From Flavobacteriales bacterium (lineage in GTDB: Bacteria > Bacteroidota > Bacteroidia > Palsa-965): a DNA stretch of 64,000 bases. A model generated the notes under the pieces. That model did no database searches. It saw only the letters and a list, made by a program, of their open reading frames with translations, and had not been told where the DNA came from. The translations under genes were made by a program, and so were the position numbers. Of this stretch, positions 1 through 10,661 are shown piece after piece; within the stretch, counting starts at the first letter, position 1; each line of letters starts with the position of its first letter. Location of the stretch: positions 32,001 through 96,000 of the forward strand of contig JBEIPA010000014.1 in NCBI GenBank assembly GCA_040377305.1, given 5' to 3'.

Positions 1-25
1 GGGTGCACCAACCCCTTCGCATCAT

Positions 26-550
26 GTGAGCATTCTGCGCAACGCATGGAATATCGGAACGCATTATGTTAATTTCGATTCCATTCATTTTGCAGATACT
101 GTCCCCGGTTGGTTTACACCTTTGTACTACATCACACGCGGTGAATACGCGAGAATCGACATCGTTGCTATCGATTCTGCCGGTGGTTATTACCGCACCA
201 TTCTGAAAGACGACCAGGGTCGTGATGTTTGGGTGAAAAAACAAAAGCACATTACGTTTCTCACCTGGCTTGGGTTCTACAACACGGTTGCGAGCATAGA
301 ACTCAACGACGGCGATTTAATTCTCTACGACAAACCCGATCCGAAATCAAAGCGCGTGAACTACACACCTATGATGGGCACAGATGATCGCGCTACTATG
401 CGCGCACTCGAACTAAACGGACATTGGATGAAAGTTGAAATCCAAATTCCGCAACGCGATCCGATGATGTCGTGGAAAACCTACACGGGTTGGATCAAAT
501 GGCGTGATGAAAAGCAGCCGTTGATTAAGTACAATCTGATGGGATGCTAG
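26..550 (+). CDS. hypothetical protein, probably 5'-truncated at the window edge
   Basis: 174-aa ORF with a GTG start and no recognisable family; the C-terminus looks SH3-like (GHWMKVEI...YTGWIKW). Confidence 0.6.
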   Translation: MSILRNAWNIGTHYVNFDSIHFADTVPGWFTPLYYITRGEYARIDIVAIDSAGGYYRTILKDDQGRDVWVKKQKHITFLTWLGFYNTVASIELNDGDLILYDKPDPKSKRVNYTPMMGTDDRATMRALELNGHWMKVEIQIPQRDPMMSWKTYTGWIKWRDEKQPLIKYNLMGC

Positions 551-672
551 TGTGCTAATGGGATAATTTGCTAATGTGACAAATTGATTCGGAGTTCACT
601 GCCAGGTAATTTCCGGAAATATTTGTTCTAGCACATGAGCACACGAACAGATTACCACATTATCTTCGAGGG

Positions 673-1125
673 ATGAAATCCTTCTTCGACCCCGAAGCGA
701 AAACTGAGATACTTACCCGTCTCAATAAACTCACTCCCGAATCAAAACCGCTGTGGGGCAAAATGAACAGCGCGCAAATGATGGCACACAATGTGTCCGT
801 AATGGAATCCGCATGTGATACCGCCCCTCCAAGAAAACAAATGTTCATCGGAAAAGTGTTCATGTTGTTCATGAAGAAGCAGTTCACGAGCGACAAACCA
901 CACAGCAGAAACGCTCCCACGTCACCTGATTTTCTTATGGCGACAGAAAAAGATTTCGCGAAAGAGAAACATCGTCTCACGGAGATCATCACAAAATTTC
1001 ACGAGGGCGGTCCGGATAAAGTAACGAAGTATCCAAGTGTGTTCTGGGGAAAATGTACTCCGCAGGAATGGGGCATTGGAATGTATAAACACATGGATCA
1101 TCATTTTCAGCAATTCGGCATTTAA
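673..1125 (+). CDS. DUF1569 / DinB-like family protein
   Basis: LWGKMNSAQMMAH and C-terminal KHMDHHFQQFG motifs. Confidence 0.8.
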   Translation: MKSFFDPEAKTEILTRLNKLTPESKPLWGKMNSAQMMAHNVSVMESACDTAPPRKQMFIGKVFMLFMKKQFTSDKPHSRNAPTSPDFLMATEKDFAKEKHRLTEIITKFHEGGPDKVTKYPSVFWGKCTPQEWGIGMYKHMDHHFQQFGI

Positions 1126-1189
1126 TCAAACGGGAAACGACCGGCGGGAGACGGGAGTACAGACCGTAGTTTCATTTGAACCATCCAAT

Positions 1190-1939
1190 ATGTTTGCAAC
1201 GATCAATCACAAAGGCGAAGAATACAAAGTTGATCTTGGTCAACCCATTGACATTTCCATTCCGCTCTCCGACAAAAGTGCGCGTGCATGGTATGTTGAT
1301 CCGATGAAGATTGAAGCCGTGCGCAACGGAGATTGGGTTGGAGAAGTGAAATCAGGCGGTTCTGTGAATTTCAGAAACATCTTTTTCAATCCGCACGGAC
1401 ATGGCACGCATACCGAATGTGTAGGCCACATTGCGCCGGAGATATACAGCGTGAACGAACACGTGAAGAAGTATTTCTTCATCGCGGAATTGATCACCGT
1501 ACTTCCGGAACAACGCGACAATGGAGATTTCGTGATCACCGAAAAGCAGCTGCAGAATTTACTCGAGGGAAAAAGTCCGGAAGCGGTTGTGTTGCGCACC
1601 ATCAGCAATGCAGAATCCAAACTCGTGCAGAACTGGTCGAACACGAATCCGCCTTACCTGGAAGAAGCTGCTGCGAAATTTATCGCGTCGAAGAAAATTA
1701 ATCACTTGCTCATCGACCTGCCTTCTGTCGACCGTGAAGTGGATGATGGAAAGTTGCTTGCGCATCGCGCGTTCTGGGAATATCCACACAACACACAATT
1801 CCAGAGAACGATCACAGAATTCATTTATGTTCCGAATGATGTATTTGACGGAACGTATTTGCTGAATCTGCAGTTTGCGCCGTTTGAGAATGATGCTTCT
1901 CCTTCCAGGCCGGTGTTGTTCAGAATCACGAATCTTTAA
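1190..1939 (+). CDS. cyclase family metal-dependent hydrolase (kynurenine formamidase-like)
   Basis: NPHGHGTHTECVGH, DLPSVD..DDG.L.AH and DASPSRP motifs; ATG at 1190 chosen over the upstream GTG. Confidence 0.85.
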   Translation: MFATINHKGEEYKVDLGQPIDISIPLSDKSARAWYVDPMKIEAVRNGDWVGEVKSGGSVNFRNIFFNPHGHGTHTECVGHIAPEIYSVNEHVKKYFFIAELITVLPEQRDNGDFVITEKQLQNLLEGKSPEAVVLRTISNAESKLVQNWSNTNPPYLEEAAAKFIASKKINHLLIDLPSVDREVDDGKLLAHRAFWEYPHNTQFQRTITEFIYVPNDVFDGTYLLNLQFAPFENDASPSRPVLFRITNL

Positions 1940-2152
1940 ACACATAGAATCATAGAAACCGGGCGTGTTAAAAGGTGCATCAACAGAGTTGATGCAAAAC
2001 ATAGTTCACAGGAGAAGATCGCAAAGCGATCCGTGTATCCGTCACAATGCGCACGCGCATCGCGCATACTGCCCATTAAGACGAGAACCCTCATGTGATC
2101 TATGTACTTCTTGAGCCCCGCTAGCAAACAACGACCTATGATACTATGTGGT
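1938..2152. repeat. dispersed element with terminal inverted repeats (AAACACATAG..TCATAG / CCTATGATACTATGTGGT), copy 1
   Basis: Same ends recur at 49977-50123 around a different interior. Confidence 0.6.
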
Positions 2153-2166
2153 AAACACTTTCCGGG

Positions 2167-2544
2167 ATGAATTTAGAAGAACTCCGCAACTATTGTCTGT
2201 CAAAATCTGGTGTCGAAGAAACCTTTCCCTTCGGTGAAGAAACGCCCGTTTATAAAGTCATGGGCAAAATGTTTCTCCTCACCGGCTTCGAATACAATCC
2301 TGTTCAGTTCAATGTGAAATGCGATCCGGAATTAGCCATTGAATTGCGTGAACGTTATTCCTGCGTCGAGCCGGGCTTTCACATGAGCAAGAAGCATTGG
2401 AACACCGTTACCTGTGATGGATCTGTTTCCCGAAAGTTGTTGCACGAGTGGATCGATCACTCGTATGAACTTGTTGTGAGCGGACTGAAGAAGAATGAGC
2501 AGGAGGCGCTGAAGAAGATCTCACAGAGAAAGAGCAGGAACTAA
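2167..2544 (+). CDS. MmcQ/YjbR family DNA-binding protein
   Basis: ETFPFG...VYKVMGKMF, KCDP and PGFHMSKKHWNTV motifs. Confidence 0.9.
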   Translation: MNLEELRNYCLSKSGVEETFPFGEETPVYKVMGKMFLLTGFEYNPVQFNVKCDPELAIELRERYSCVEPGFHMSKKHWNTVTCDGSVSRKLLHEWIDHSYELVVSGLKKNEQEALKKISQRKSRN

Positions 2545-2557
2545 CTACCTTTGTACC

Positions 2558-3139
2558 ATGAAACGTCTCCTGCGCTATTTCATTCAAGGTCTCGTCGTAA
2601 CCGTTCCGATCGGAATTACTGTTCTGATTATCGCCAAAATTTTCTTCTGGATAAAAGGGTGGTTTGCACAATGGGACGTAATTGTACACCCGTACGCCGA
2701 TCCATTCATAATGATGGGGATAGTGGTGTTCTGTATTGTACTTGCAGGAATTTTCGCATCGAATGTTGTCGCGAATTTCTTCATCAACGAATCGGGAAAG
2801 TTCATTGAGAAGATTCCGTTCATTCGCCACATCTATTCTCCGGTAAAAGATTTTACAAGTGCATTCATCGGAAACAAGAAGAGATTCACGCGTCCCGTTT
2901 TAGTAATCACAAACAAAGAAGCCGATATCCGCGAAATTGGTTTCATTACAGACGACGACCTTCGCGAAATTAAAATAGGTCCCGAATATGCTGCAGTGTA
3001 TATGCCGGCTTCTTACTCCATCGCAGGACGTTTGCTGATCGTTCCAAAAACCAACATCACGCCAATGGAAGCCAATGCCGGTGATGTGATGAAGTTTGTG
3101 GTGAGTGGCGGAGTTGCTGAAGTGGAAGAACATCATTAG
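2558..3139 (+). CDS. DUF502 membrane protein
   Basis: Two TM helices; IPFIRHIYS, VYMPASYSIAG and FVVSGG motifs. Confidence 0.85.
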   Translation: MKRLLRYFIQGLVVTVPIGITVLIIAKIFFWIKGWFAQWDVIVHPYADPFIMMGIVVFCIVLAGIFASNVVANFFINESGKFIEKIPFIRHIYSPVKDFTSAFIGNKKRFTRPVLVITNKEADIREIGFITDDDLREIKIGPEYAAVYMPASYSIAGRLLIVPKTNITPMEANAGDVMKFVVSGGVAEVEEHH

Positions 3140-3420
3140 AAGAAGGGAGTCGGGAGATTGGAGTCGGGAGTAACGACCAGTGTGTATACATCTACTGAGG
3201 TCAGAACAAATATATTTCGAAATTGGCATGAAGTTTTCTTTAGCAGCTTGAGGTCATCCCGCAATTAAAGAAATGTGTTTGTTTAAAAACAACTTTCCAC
3301 TCCAGCCTCCCATTTCCCGACTCCCATCTTTTTCTTACCTTACGTAGACAAACTGCGACAAATGAAATCCTGACGTTTACAGTCGGGATTCACGAATTCA
3401 CAAACTCAAAACTCAAAAGA

Positions 3421-4089
3421 ATGCGTAAAATATTCCTACTCGTGCTCGCTACGGCTGCACTTACACTTCCTGCTCTTGCTGGCGACGGCGTTAAGGTCAA
3501 AGTGGAATCGAAGAATGAAAAGATCAATGGAGGTTCCCATCCTTGTCTTGTTGTAACTATTTACGATGCAACTCCCAGCGACATCGAGAGTGAATGGAAA
3601 AGCACGATGAAAGGTTACGATGCGAAAGTGAGCGGCAAGGATGAAATTTTTGCCGACAACGCACTCATCAAAGCAATCAGTGAGAACACCTGTGATGTGT
3701 ATGCGTACACAGAAAAAATCAGCGATACAGAAACAAAATTTGTTGTCGGATTTCTTCTCGGTGAAACCTGGATCGATTCCAAAAGCACTTCCTACAATGC
3801 GGCTGAAAAAATCGTGAAAGATTTTGCCATTGAGCAATCCAAAGATGGAATTGCAGTAAAGAGAAAAGCTGCAGAGAAACTGCTCGACGATCAGAAAGAC
3901 GATCAGTCCGATCTTGAAAAGAAGAACAAAGATCTGCACGACGATATCGCAGATTATAACGAGAAGATCAAGAAGGCTGAAGCCGATATCAAATCCAACG
4001 AGGACGAGCAAACAAAAAAGAAAGCGGAGATTGATGCGCAGCAGAAGGTGGTTGATGACCTGAAATCGAGAGAAAATTCTGTCGAATGA
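3421..4089 (+). CDS. secreted protein with C-terminal coiled coil
   Basis: Signal peptide and K/E/D-rich heptad C-terminus. Confidence 0.7.
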   Translation: MRKIFLLVLATAALTLPALAGDGVKVKVESKNEKINGGSHPCLVVTIYDATPSDIESEWKSTMKGYDAKVSGKDEIFADNALIKAISENTCDVYAYTEKISDTETKFVVGFLLGETWIDSKSTSYNAAEKIVKDFAIEQSKDGIAVKRKAAEKLLDDQKDDQSDLEKKNKDLHDDIADYNEKIKKAEADIKSNEDEQTKKKAEIDAQQKVVDDLKSRENSVE

Positions 4090-4290
4090 TAGGATGATAG
4101 AATTATCGGATGATGGGATGGAGTCACGTTTAAAGTGGCCTTAACCCTCTTTTCAATAAGAATTCAGACCAAGTGGTTTTTGTAAGTAGCTGTTTATCTG
4201 ATCATTATATCATCCAATCATCAAATGATCCTACCGAGGGCGCCTCATTTTTTGGTAACTTCGAGTCCCTAAATTTTAAGAGACTATCGA

Positions 4291-5274
4291 ATGAAGACGT
4301 TGGTTGAACAGTTTCCGTCGCAACTCAGTAAAGCGATCGAAATCGGAAGAAGTGCGAAGCTCACAGCAGCGAAAAACGAAATCAGAAATGTACTGGTTAC
4401 TGGTCTTGGTGGATCAGGTATTGGAGGCACAATCGTTTCTGAGCTTGCTTTCCCCGAGTGCCCTGTTCCTATGCAGGTAAGCAAAGGCTATTTCATTCCT
4501 GCTTACGTTAATGCGAACACGCTGGTCGTTGTTTCATCGTATTCAGGAAATACAGAAGAAACGTTGGCGTGCATGAAACAGGCATTTGAAAAAGGTGCAA
4601 CTGTTTGTGCAATCACTTCCGGAGGTGCTGTTGAAGCATTCGCAAAAGAAAATAAGCTCGACTATATTTTAATTCCGGGGGGCATGCCTCCGCGATCGTG
4701 TCTTGGTTATTCATTAACGCAGCTCGTTGCAATACTTGCACATCATCAATTGATTTCCGGTGATCACCTTGCCAATATTGAAAAAGCAAATGCACTGATT
4801 TCAAAAAATCAGGATGCTATTGCCGCACAGGGAAAATCAATTGCACAGTTTCTCCTCGGAAAAATTCCGGTGATCTACAGCACCACTCTATTCGAAGGAG
4901 TTGCCGTACGTTTTCGCCAGCAGCTGAATGAAAATTCAAAAGTGCTTTGCTGGCACCACGTAATTCCGGAGATGAACCACAATGAACTTGTAGGTTGGGC
5001 CGGCGGAACAGAAGAATATGCAGTAATTGTTTTCCGCGATTCTTCCGAGTACGAGCGCAACGCAATCCGTATTCAGCTCAACAAAGAAATTATTACACGG
5101 TATACACCGCACTATCTCGAGATACCTACCGAAGGAACTTCATATCTCGAGAAAGCAATTTATCTCGTTCACATCGGCGATTGGATTTCAGTAGAGCTTG
5201 CAGCTTTACGTGGCGTTGATCCGGTAGAGGTGAATGTGATTAATTTTCTCAAAGGAGAACTCAGTAAAAAATAA
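4291..5274 (+). CDS. bifunctional phosphoglucose/phosphomannose isomerase (SIS domains)
   Basis: GLGGSGIGG, SSYSGNTEET, QLNENSK and PEMNHNE motifs. Confidence 0.92.
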   Translation: MKTLVEQFPSQLSKAIEIGRSAKLTAAKNEIRNVLVTGLGGSGIGGTIVSELAFPECPVPMQVSKGYFIPAYVNANTLVVVSSYSGNTEETLACMKQAFEKGATVCAITSGGAVEAFAKENKLDYILIPGGMPPRSCLGYSLTQLVAILAHHQLISGDHLANIEKANALISKNQDAIAAQGKSIAQFLLGKIPVIYSTTLFEGVAVRFRQQLNENSKVLCWHHVIPEMNHNELVGWAGGTEEYAVIVFRDSSEYERNAIRIQLNKEIITRYTPHYLEIPTEGTSYLEKAIYLVHIGDWISVELAALRGVDPVEVNVINFLKGELSKK

Positions 5275-5344
5275 TACGCAATATTCAATGCGCAATGCGC
5301 AGTTCATGGAACCATTGCATATTGCGCATTGAATATTGCGTATT
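5273..5344. repeat. 24-bp perfect inverted repeat (REP-like hairpin)
   Basis: aatacgcaatattcaatgcgcaat at 5273-5296 is the reverse complement of 5321-5344. Confidence 0.8.
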
Positions 5345-5358
5345 GAATCCGACTCCTC

Positions 5359-6084
5359 ATGCGTAACGTAGTATTCTCAGACTTAGGATTGATTGACTAC
5401 AAGGAAGCCTGGGATTTTCAGGAGAAACTTTTCGCGCGAATTGTTGAGCAGAAATTAGCCAATCGCGACAAACCTGAAAGCGAGCAAATCACCCCGGAAA
5501 ATTTTTTGCTCTTCTGCGCACATCCGCACGTGTACACGCTGGGAAAAACCGGTCATCAAGAAAATCTATTGGTGAATGAAGAACAGCTCAACGAAATCCA
5601 TGCTACGTTTTACAAGATCAATCGCGGTGGAGATATTACATACCACGGGCCCGGACAAATTGTGGGCTACCCGTTAATCGATCTCGATCAGTTTTTCACC
5701 GACATTCACAAGTACCTGCGCTTCCTCGAGGAAACAATCATTCGGATGCTCGCCGAATTTGGTATCAAAGGCGAACGCTATCCAGGTTATACTGGAGTTT
5801 GGATAGATGTCGACGATCCGATCAAAGCCAGAAAAATCTGCGCAATGGGCGTTCGTACAAGTCGCTGGGTAACCATGCATGGCTGGGCGTTAAATGTAAA
5901 TTCAGATCTCTCCTATTTTCGGAATATCGTGCCGTGTGGAATTGACGACAAGGCTGTGACTTCGATGGAGAAAGAACTCGGCACGAAAGTCAATGAGGAG
6001 GAAGTCAAAGAAAAGTTGAAGAAACACTTTGCTGAATTGTTCGGGTGTACGGTAGTCGGAACTGAACAGCCGGGGCTGCCTTGA
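5359..6084 (+). CDS. lipB: lipoyl(octanoyl) transferase
   Basis: RGGDITYHGPGQ, KICAMG, HGWALNV and IVPCGI motifs. Confidence 0.95.
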   Translation: MRNVVFSDLGLIDYKEAWDFQEKLFARIVEQKLANRDKPESEQITPENFLLFCAHPHVYTLGKTGHQENLLVNEEQLNEIHATFYKINRGGDITYHGPGQIVGYPLIDLDQFFTDIHKYLRFLEETIIRMLAEFGIKGERYPGYTGVWIDVDDPIKARKICAMGVRTSRWVTMHGWALNVNSDLSYFRNIVPCGIDDKAVTSMEKELGTKVNEEEVKEKLKKHFAELFGCTVVGTEQPGLP

Positions 6085-6184
6085 TTTACTCGGCCGGCTG
6101 AAGCCGCGCGGAACCAATATCTGCAATACACAGCCTATAACTTTTCATTAGAATCTGCGTTTAATAGATAGTTGTTCACCCCCT

Positions 6185-7354
6185 ATGAAGAAGTTTTTCA
6201 AGCGAACCGGTCTTGTGTTGTTGGCGATTTTCATGCTCGCGAACCTTTTCATTTTGTTCTCCGGTCGCACTTATCTCTACAAAGGCGTTTGGAATACCTA
6301 CATGCAAGGTCGTTCAGGACCGGCGGTTGATGAATACAGCATTTTTGCGAACAACGAAATCAAAGGCGGCAACCCGAAGCCCTGGCCGATGTCGGTTAAC
6401 TACAACACCAACAAAATTCCGGCAGACATGATTACGAAAATGAGTGAGATTGAAACCGGGTCATTTCTCATCATTCAGCACGATTCCATTTTACACGAAG
6501 AATATTGGGGCGACTTCAGCGACAAGTCGTACACGAACTCATTCTCCATGGCGAAAACGGTGGTGAGCGTTTTGCTCGGTTGTGCCTTGCAGGATGGCTC
6601 AATAAAATCACTCGATCAACCCGTGAGCGATTTTCTTCCGGAATACAAGGAAGGTGATCTTTCGAAAATTACCATTCGTCATCTGGTGAACATGAACTCC
6701 GGAATTGCTTTTGATGAAGACTATGTGGACCCGTTCGCATATCCTGCCGAAGCTTATTACGGAAGCGATTTGCGTTCGCTCACGATGGGATACAGCACGG
6801 TGACGGAAGAACCCGGAAAAACTTTTCGCTACCTCAGTGGCAATTCTCAGCTCCTTGGATTTGTGCTGATGAAAGCAACCGGCAAAACACTTTCACAATA
6901 CGCATCCGAAAAATTGTGGAACCCACTTGGCTGCGAACAGCCTGCTTTCTGGAGTCTCGATGCAGAAGGTGGAAGCGAAAAATCATTCTGCTGCCTCAAC
7001 TCGAATGCGCGCGACTTCGCACGAATCGGTCAGTTGTATCTCGACAGCGGAAAATGGAATGGACAACAAATTGTTCCACTTGAATACGCCGTTGCTTCTA
7101 CGCAACCAACTGGAATGCTGAACCCCGACGGTACTCCTTGTCTCGAATACAGTCAGGCGTGGTGGATGATTCCCGACTACAAAGGACATCACATCTTTTA
7201 CGCACAAGGAATTCTTGGGCAATACGTGCTGGTGATTCCCGACATGGACATGGTTGTTGTTCGTCTCGGTAAACAACGACTCGCTGATGATGCCGATGGG
7301 GTTCCCGCTGATGTTTATTGGTATCTCGATGTGGCCCTCGCGATGGGTCAGTAA
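6185..7354 (+). CDS. serine hydrolase, beta-lactamase-related family
   Basis: SMAK (SxxK), FRYLSGN and ARDFARIGQLYL motifs; N-terminal anchor. Confidence 0.88.
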   Translation: MKKFFKRTGLVLLAIFMLANLFILFSGRTYLYKGVWNTYMQGRSGPAVDEYSIFANNEIKGGNPKPWPMSVNYNTNKIPADMITKMSEIETGSFLIIQHDSILHEEYWGDFSDKSYTNSFSMAKTVVSVLLGCALQDGSIKSLDQPVSDFLPEYKEGDLSKITIRHLVNMNSGIAFDEDYVDPFAYPAEAYYGSDLRSLTMGYSTVTEEPGKTFRYLSGNSQLLGFVLMKATGKTLSQYASEKLWNPLGCEQPAFWSLDAEGGSEKSFCCLNSNARDFARIGQLYLDSGKWNGQQIVPLEYAVASTQPTGMLNPDGTPCLEYSQAWWMIPDYKGHHIFYAQGILGQYVLVIPDMDMVVVRLGKQRLADDADGVPADVYWYLDVALAMGQ

Positions 7355-7480
7355 AACCGATATTCCGATTTACCATTTCCGAATGCGGTTCGGGTCTGAT
7401 ATAAATTTTATCAGCTCATCCAAAACGTGTTCTGAATTGGGCGAAGGAGGAAATCAGCTAATTAATTACATTTGTGCCGT

Positions 7481-7882
7481 ATGAGAAAAGACATTCCAGC
7501 GCCGCAAGTTGAAAACGTTGTAATGGCCGTTGTACTTGAAGAAGATAACGGGCAACCCGTGTGGAATGTTTTTCTGATTAACCTCGACATCGTGCCTATC
7601 ACGAATGTAATTGTGACTTCGCGCGGGTACGGAGAAATTAACGGAGAGAAAAGATCTACTTCAACTCTACGACACTTCTACGAGAATATTCCGGACCTGG
7701 AGTTCACACGCGTCGAGCCTATCATGGAAAACACGTTTGGGCTTACCAATGAATATTGGGTGAGTTTTTTCATAGGCGGTCAGGTGTACGACAAGAAATA
7801 CATTTTCCTTCCCGAGTCCATTACGGAGAAAAACTTCACACAAATTCCTTTGCTGAATGTTGAAGGTGTAATGATAAGATGA
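7481..7882 (+). CDS. conserved Bacteroidota hypothetical protein
   Basis: MRKDI..P.VE start; SRGYG...TSTLRH and NEYWVSF motifs. Confidence 0.75.
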   Translation: MRKDIPAPQVENVVMAVVLEEDNGQPVWNVFLINLDIVPITNVIVTSRGYGEINGEKRSTSTLRHFYENIPDLEFTRVEPIMENTFGLTNEYWVSFFIGGQVYDKKYIFLPESITEKNFTQIPLLNVEGVMIR

Positions 7883-7996
7883 TGAGATGATTGGATGATG
7901 AGATGATAGGATGATGATAGGATGGGTTCGTTTCTATAGAAACGAACCCATTGTATTTCCTGATCGTCCCTCATATAGCTAAGGAGCTGTACTGTC

Positions 7997-8371
7997 TTAC
8001 TCAGGCTTGGTGCCTTGATTTTTCGGTGGAGTGCTTTTGCCTTTCCCTTTCTTCGGAGGTTGACTCTTGTCGATTGAATCCTGGCGACGCATTTGTTCTG
8101 CATTGTAAATGGAATCGCGACGTGTGCGATCATACTTGATGCTGTCGTTGCGACGGATTTGCGTCACGCTATCGCGGTAATTAGCATACCGCGTACTGTC
8201 ACTTACCCGTTTCATCTCTGCTTCGCGATTCCGTTCTTCATCAGCTCGCTGCTTATTCTGAAGGTAGGTCGAATCCTGTTTCTTCTTCTTGTTCTTCTCC
8301 TGTGCATTTACTTCTGCACTGATGAAAAGAGCCAGTGTGCCTGCAATCAAAAACTTTATAATCGGTTTCAT
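7997..8371 (-). CDS. small secreted hydrophilic protein with RxDS repeats
   Basis: Signal peptide and repeated DST/DSI motifs. Confidence 0.65.
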   Translation of the reverse strand: MKPIIKFLIAGTLALFISAEVNAQEKNKKKKQDSTYLQNKQRADEERNREAEMKRVSDSTRYANYRDSVTQIRRNDSIKYDRTRRDSIYNAEQMRRQDSIDKSQPPKKGKGKSTPPKNQGTKPE

Positions 8372-8572
8372 AGTTGTTGAGTTTAGATGAGATGCATTGA
8401 AAATTACGTGCCAACAAAAACTGCTGTAAATTCTTCAGATCGTAATAAGTGTATGAGGTCGATATTCCTCACTCTGGGTAATTGAACTAACTACCTGTTC
8501 AATGAATTTCTGCTTTTACGTAATACTTTTTTCGCGGAACTATTTTTGCAAGTCACAACATAAATATTCGTT

Positions 8573-10195
8573 ATGACAGACGATCCGAAAATCCCTGAGC
8601 GCTCAGGCAAAGAAACTTCTGGCGCAAACACTCCTTATTGGGTGGCAAGTGTGCAGCCCTTCTCTACTCGCAAACTCACTCGTGATCTCGAAACAGAAGT
8701 TGTTGTCGTCGGAGGAGGAATTGCCGGTGTGAGCGTTGCGTATAATCTCGCACGCCACGGAGTCAAAGTGGTTCTGGTAGAAGACGGGAATATCGGTAGT
8801 GGCGAAACAGGTCGCACCAGTGCTCACCTCGTTTCTGCGCTCGACGATCGTTACTATGATCTTGAATCAATGTATGGTGAGGAAAGCACGAAAATGATTG
8901 CCGATAGTCACATGCGCGCCATTGAATTCGTAGAATCTGTTTGCGAAACTGAAGCGATCGAGTGTGACTTCGAACGTGTGCCGGGATATTTATTCCTGCA
9001 CCGCAACGACAAACCGGATTCATTACTCAAAGAATATGAAGCTGCGCAAAAAGCAGGACTCGACGTAACCCAACTGACAGACATTCCCGGAGTAAATGAA
9101 GACGGCAACTCTTTGCGGTTCAATCGACAGGCTATATTTCATCCACTCAAATATCTCAAAGGCTTATGTGAGGCCATCATCGAATACGGCGGGGAAATTT
9201 ACACCGACACGCATGCCAATGAAATTAATGGTGACGGAGTTGTAACCGCAGAAGGTCACAAGATTTCTGCGCAGCACATTGTAGTTGCAACGAATACTCC
9301 AGTCAACAACAAGCTCTTACTCCACCTGCGTCAGTATGCATACAGAACGTATATCGTGGGAATGAAAGTGAAAAAAGGCGCAGTACCGAATGCATTATGG
9401 TGGGACACCGGAGATCACGAAGAGAGTAGTCATTTCGCACCATATCACTATGTACGTTTGCAGTCTTATGATGAAACCCATGACATGCTTATTATCGGTG
9501 GAGAAGATCATGCAACTGGTTTGCCTGAAGCGAGCGGATCCGAAATGATACGTTACTCACGACTTGAACAATGGGCACTCAAACGTTACCCGGTTGAAGA
9601 AACGGTTTATCATTGGTCAGGTCAGGTGATGGAAACAATGGATGCGCTTGGCTACATCGGTCACAATCCGCTTGACAAGGAAAACGTGTACATCGTCACC
9701 GGCGATTCCGGAAACGGGTTAACGAATGCAGGAGTTGCAGCCATCCTGCTCACCGCATTGATCATTAAAGGAGAGCATCCCTGGAAGGATCTCTATTCTC
9801 CTGCGCGATTCAAACTGTTCACAGCCGGAAAAGTTTTCATGAAAGAAGTGATTGGAGGTTTGGCGCAATACATGAAAAACAAACCGCACAATACGGAACG
9901 CGATGTGATCGCAGAGATGAATGCAGGCGATGGAAGAATCGTTGAGCTTCACGGACGAAAATATGCGGTGTACAAAGATGATCGCAATCGGCTTCACCTG
10001 GTAAGTTCGGAATGCACACATATCGGATGTCAGGTTAAGTGGAACACCGATGAGAAAACCTGGGATTGTCCATGCCACGGAAGCCGTTTTACATTCGAAG
10101 GAAAAGTGGTGAATGGTCCGGCGAATCGTGATCTGTATTACCATTCAATCAAAACAGAATCGCAGGCTCTCGACAAAGACGAAAATGCTGCATAA
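8573..10195 (+). CDS. FAD-dependent oxidoreductase with C-terminal Rieske [2Fe-2S] domain (YhfW-like)
   Basis: VVGGGIAG, GDSGNG and CTHIGC...CPCHGSRF motifs. Confidence 0.92.
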   Translation: MTDDPKIPERSGKETSGANTPYWVASVQPFSTRKLTRDLETEVVVVGGGIAGVSVAYNLARHGVKVVLVEDGNIGSGETGRTSAHLVSALDDRYYDLESMYGEESTKMIADSHMRAIEFVESVCETEAIECDFERVPGYLFLHRNDKPDSLLKEYEAAQKAGLDVTQLTDIPGVNEDGNSLRFNRQAIFHPLKYLKGLCEAIIEYGGEIYTDTHANEINGDGVVTAEGHKISAQHIVVATNTPVNNKLLLHLRQYAYRTYIVGMKVKKGAVPNALWWDTGDHEESSHFAPYHYVRLQSYDETHDMLIIGGEDHATGLPEASGSEMIRYSRLEQWALKRYPVEETVYHWSGQVMETMDALGYIGHNPLDKENVYIVTGDSGNGLTNAGVAAILLTALIIKGEHPWKDLYSPARFKLFTAGKVFMKEVIGGLAQYMKNKPHNTERDVIAEMNAGDGRIVELHGRKYAVYKDDRNRLHLVSSECTHIGCQVKWNTDEKTWDCPCHGSRFTFEGKVVNGPANRDLYYHSIKTESQALDKDENAA

Positions 10196-10655
10196 CGTGC
10201 AATTGGTAAAACTGTTACAGTCGAGAGGCTTGAAGTTGGCGTTGGCTGAAAGCATGACCTGTGGAGAAGCCGCAGGGCGACTTGTTTCAGTGCAGGGGAC
10301 TTCCGAAGTATTGCTTTGCTCCGTGGTGTGTTATCATGAATCAGCGAAAACGTCGTTGCTCAAAGTAAGCCAGCGCATCATCAGGAAATACACTGCCGAA
10401 TCGCAACAAACAACGGATGCAATGGTCATGAAATTGAAGAGGTTGATCAAAGCAGACGTATACGCAGCGATAACCGGTCTTGCATCACCAGGCGGAAGCG
10501 AAACAAAACGCAAACCAGTTGGAACAGTTTTCTTTTCTCTAATTGCAGGAAAGAAATTGCGCCGCGTGAAAAAGAAATTCAACGGCTCACCTTCTGAAAT
10601 AAGAAAAAAGGCTTGCGATTTTGTTTACCGCGAGATGATAACCCAACTGCGATAA
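10185..10655 (+). CDS. CinA C-terminal / PncC family NMN deamidase-like protein
   Basis: AESMTCG and ITGLASPGG...KPVGTV motifs; ATG at 10185 overlaps the upstream stop. Confidence 0.85.
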   Translation: MLHNVQLVKLLQSRGLKLALAESMTCGEAAGRLVSVQGTSEVLLCSVVCYHESAKTSLLKVSQRIIRKYTAESQQTTDAMVMKLKRLIKADVYAAITGLASPGGSETKRKPVGTVFFSLIAGKKLRRVKKKFNGSPSEIRKKACDFVYREMITQLR

Positions 10656-10661
10656 GAATTG

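Noticed and set aside
1037-1189. N-terminal extensions in the ORF track (also 10113, 12764, 15441, 41636, 48006, 54455)
   Set aside because: They overlap upstream genes, repeats or terminators; downstream ATGs fit the family N-termini better
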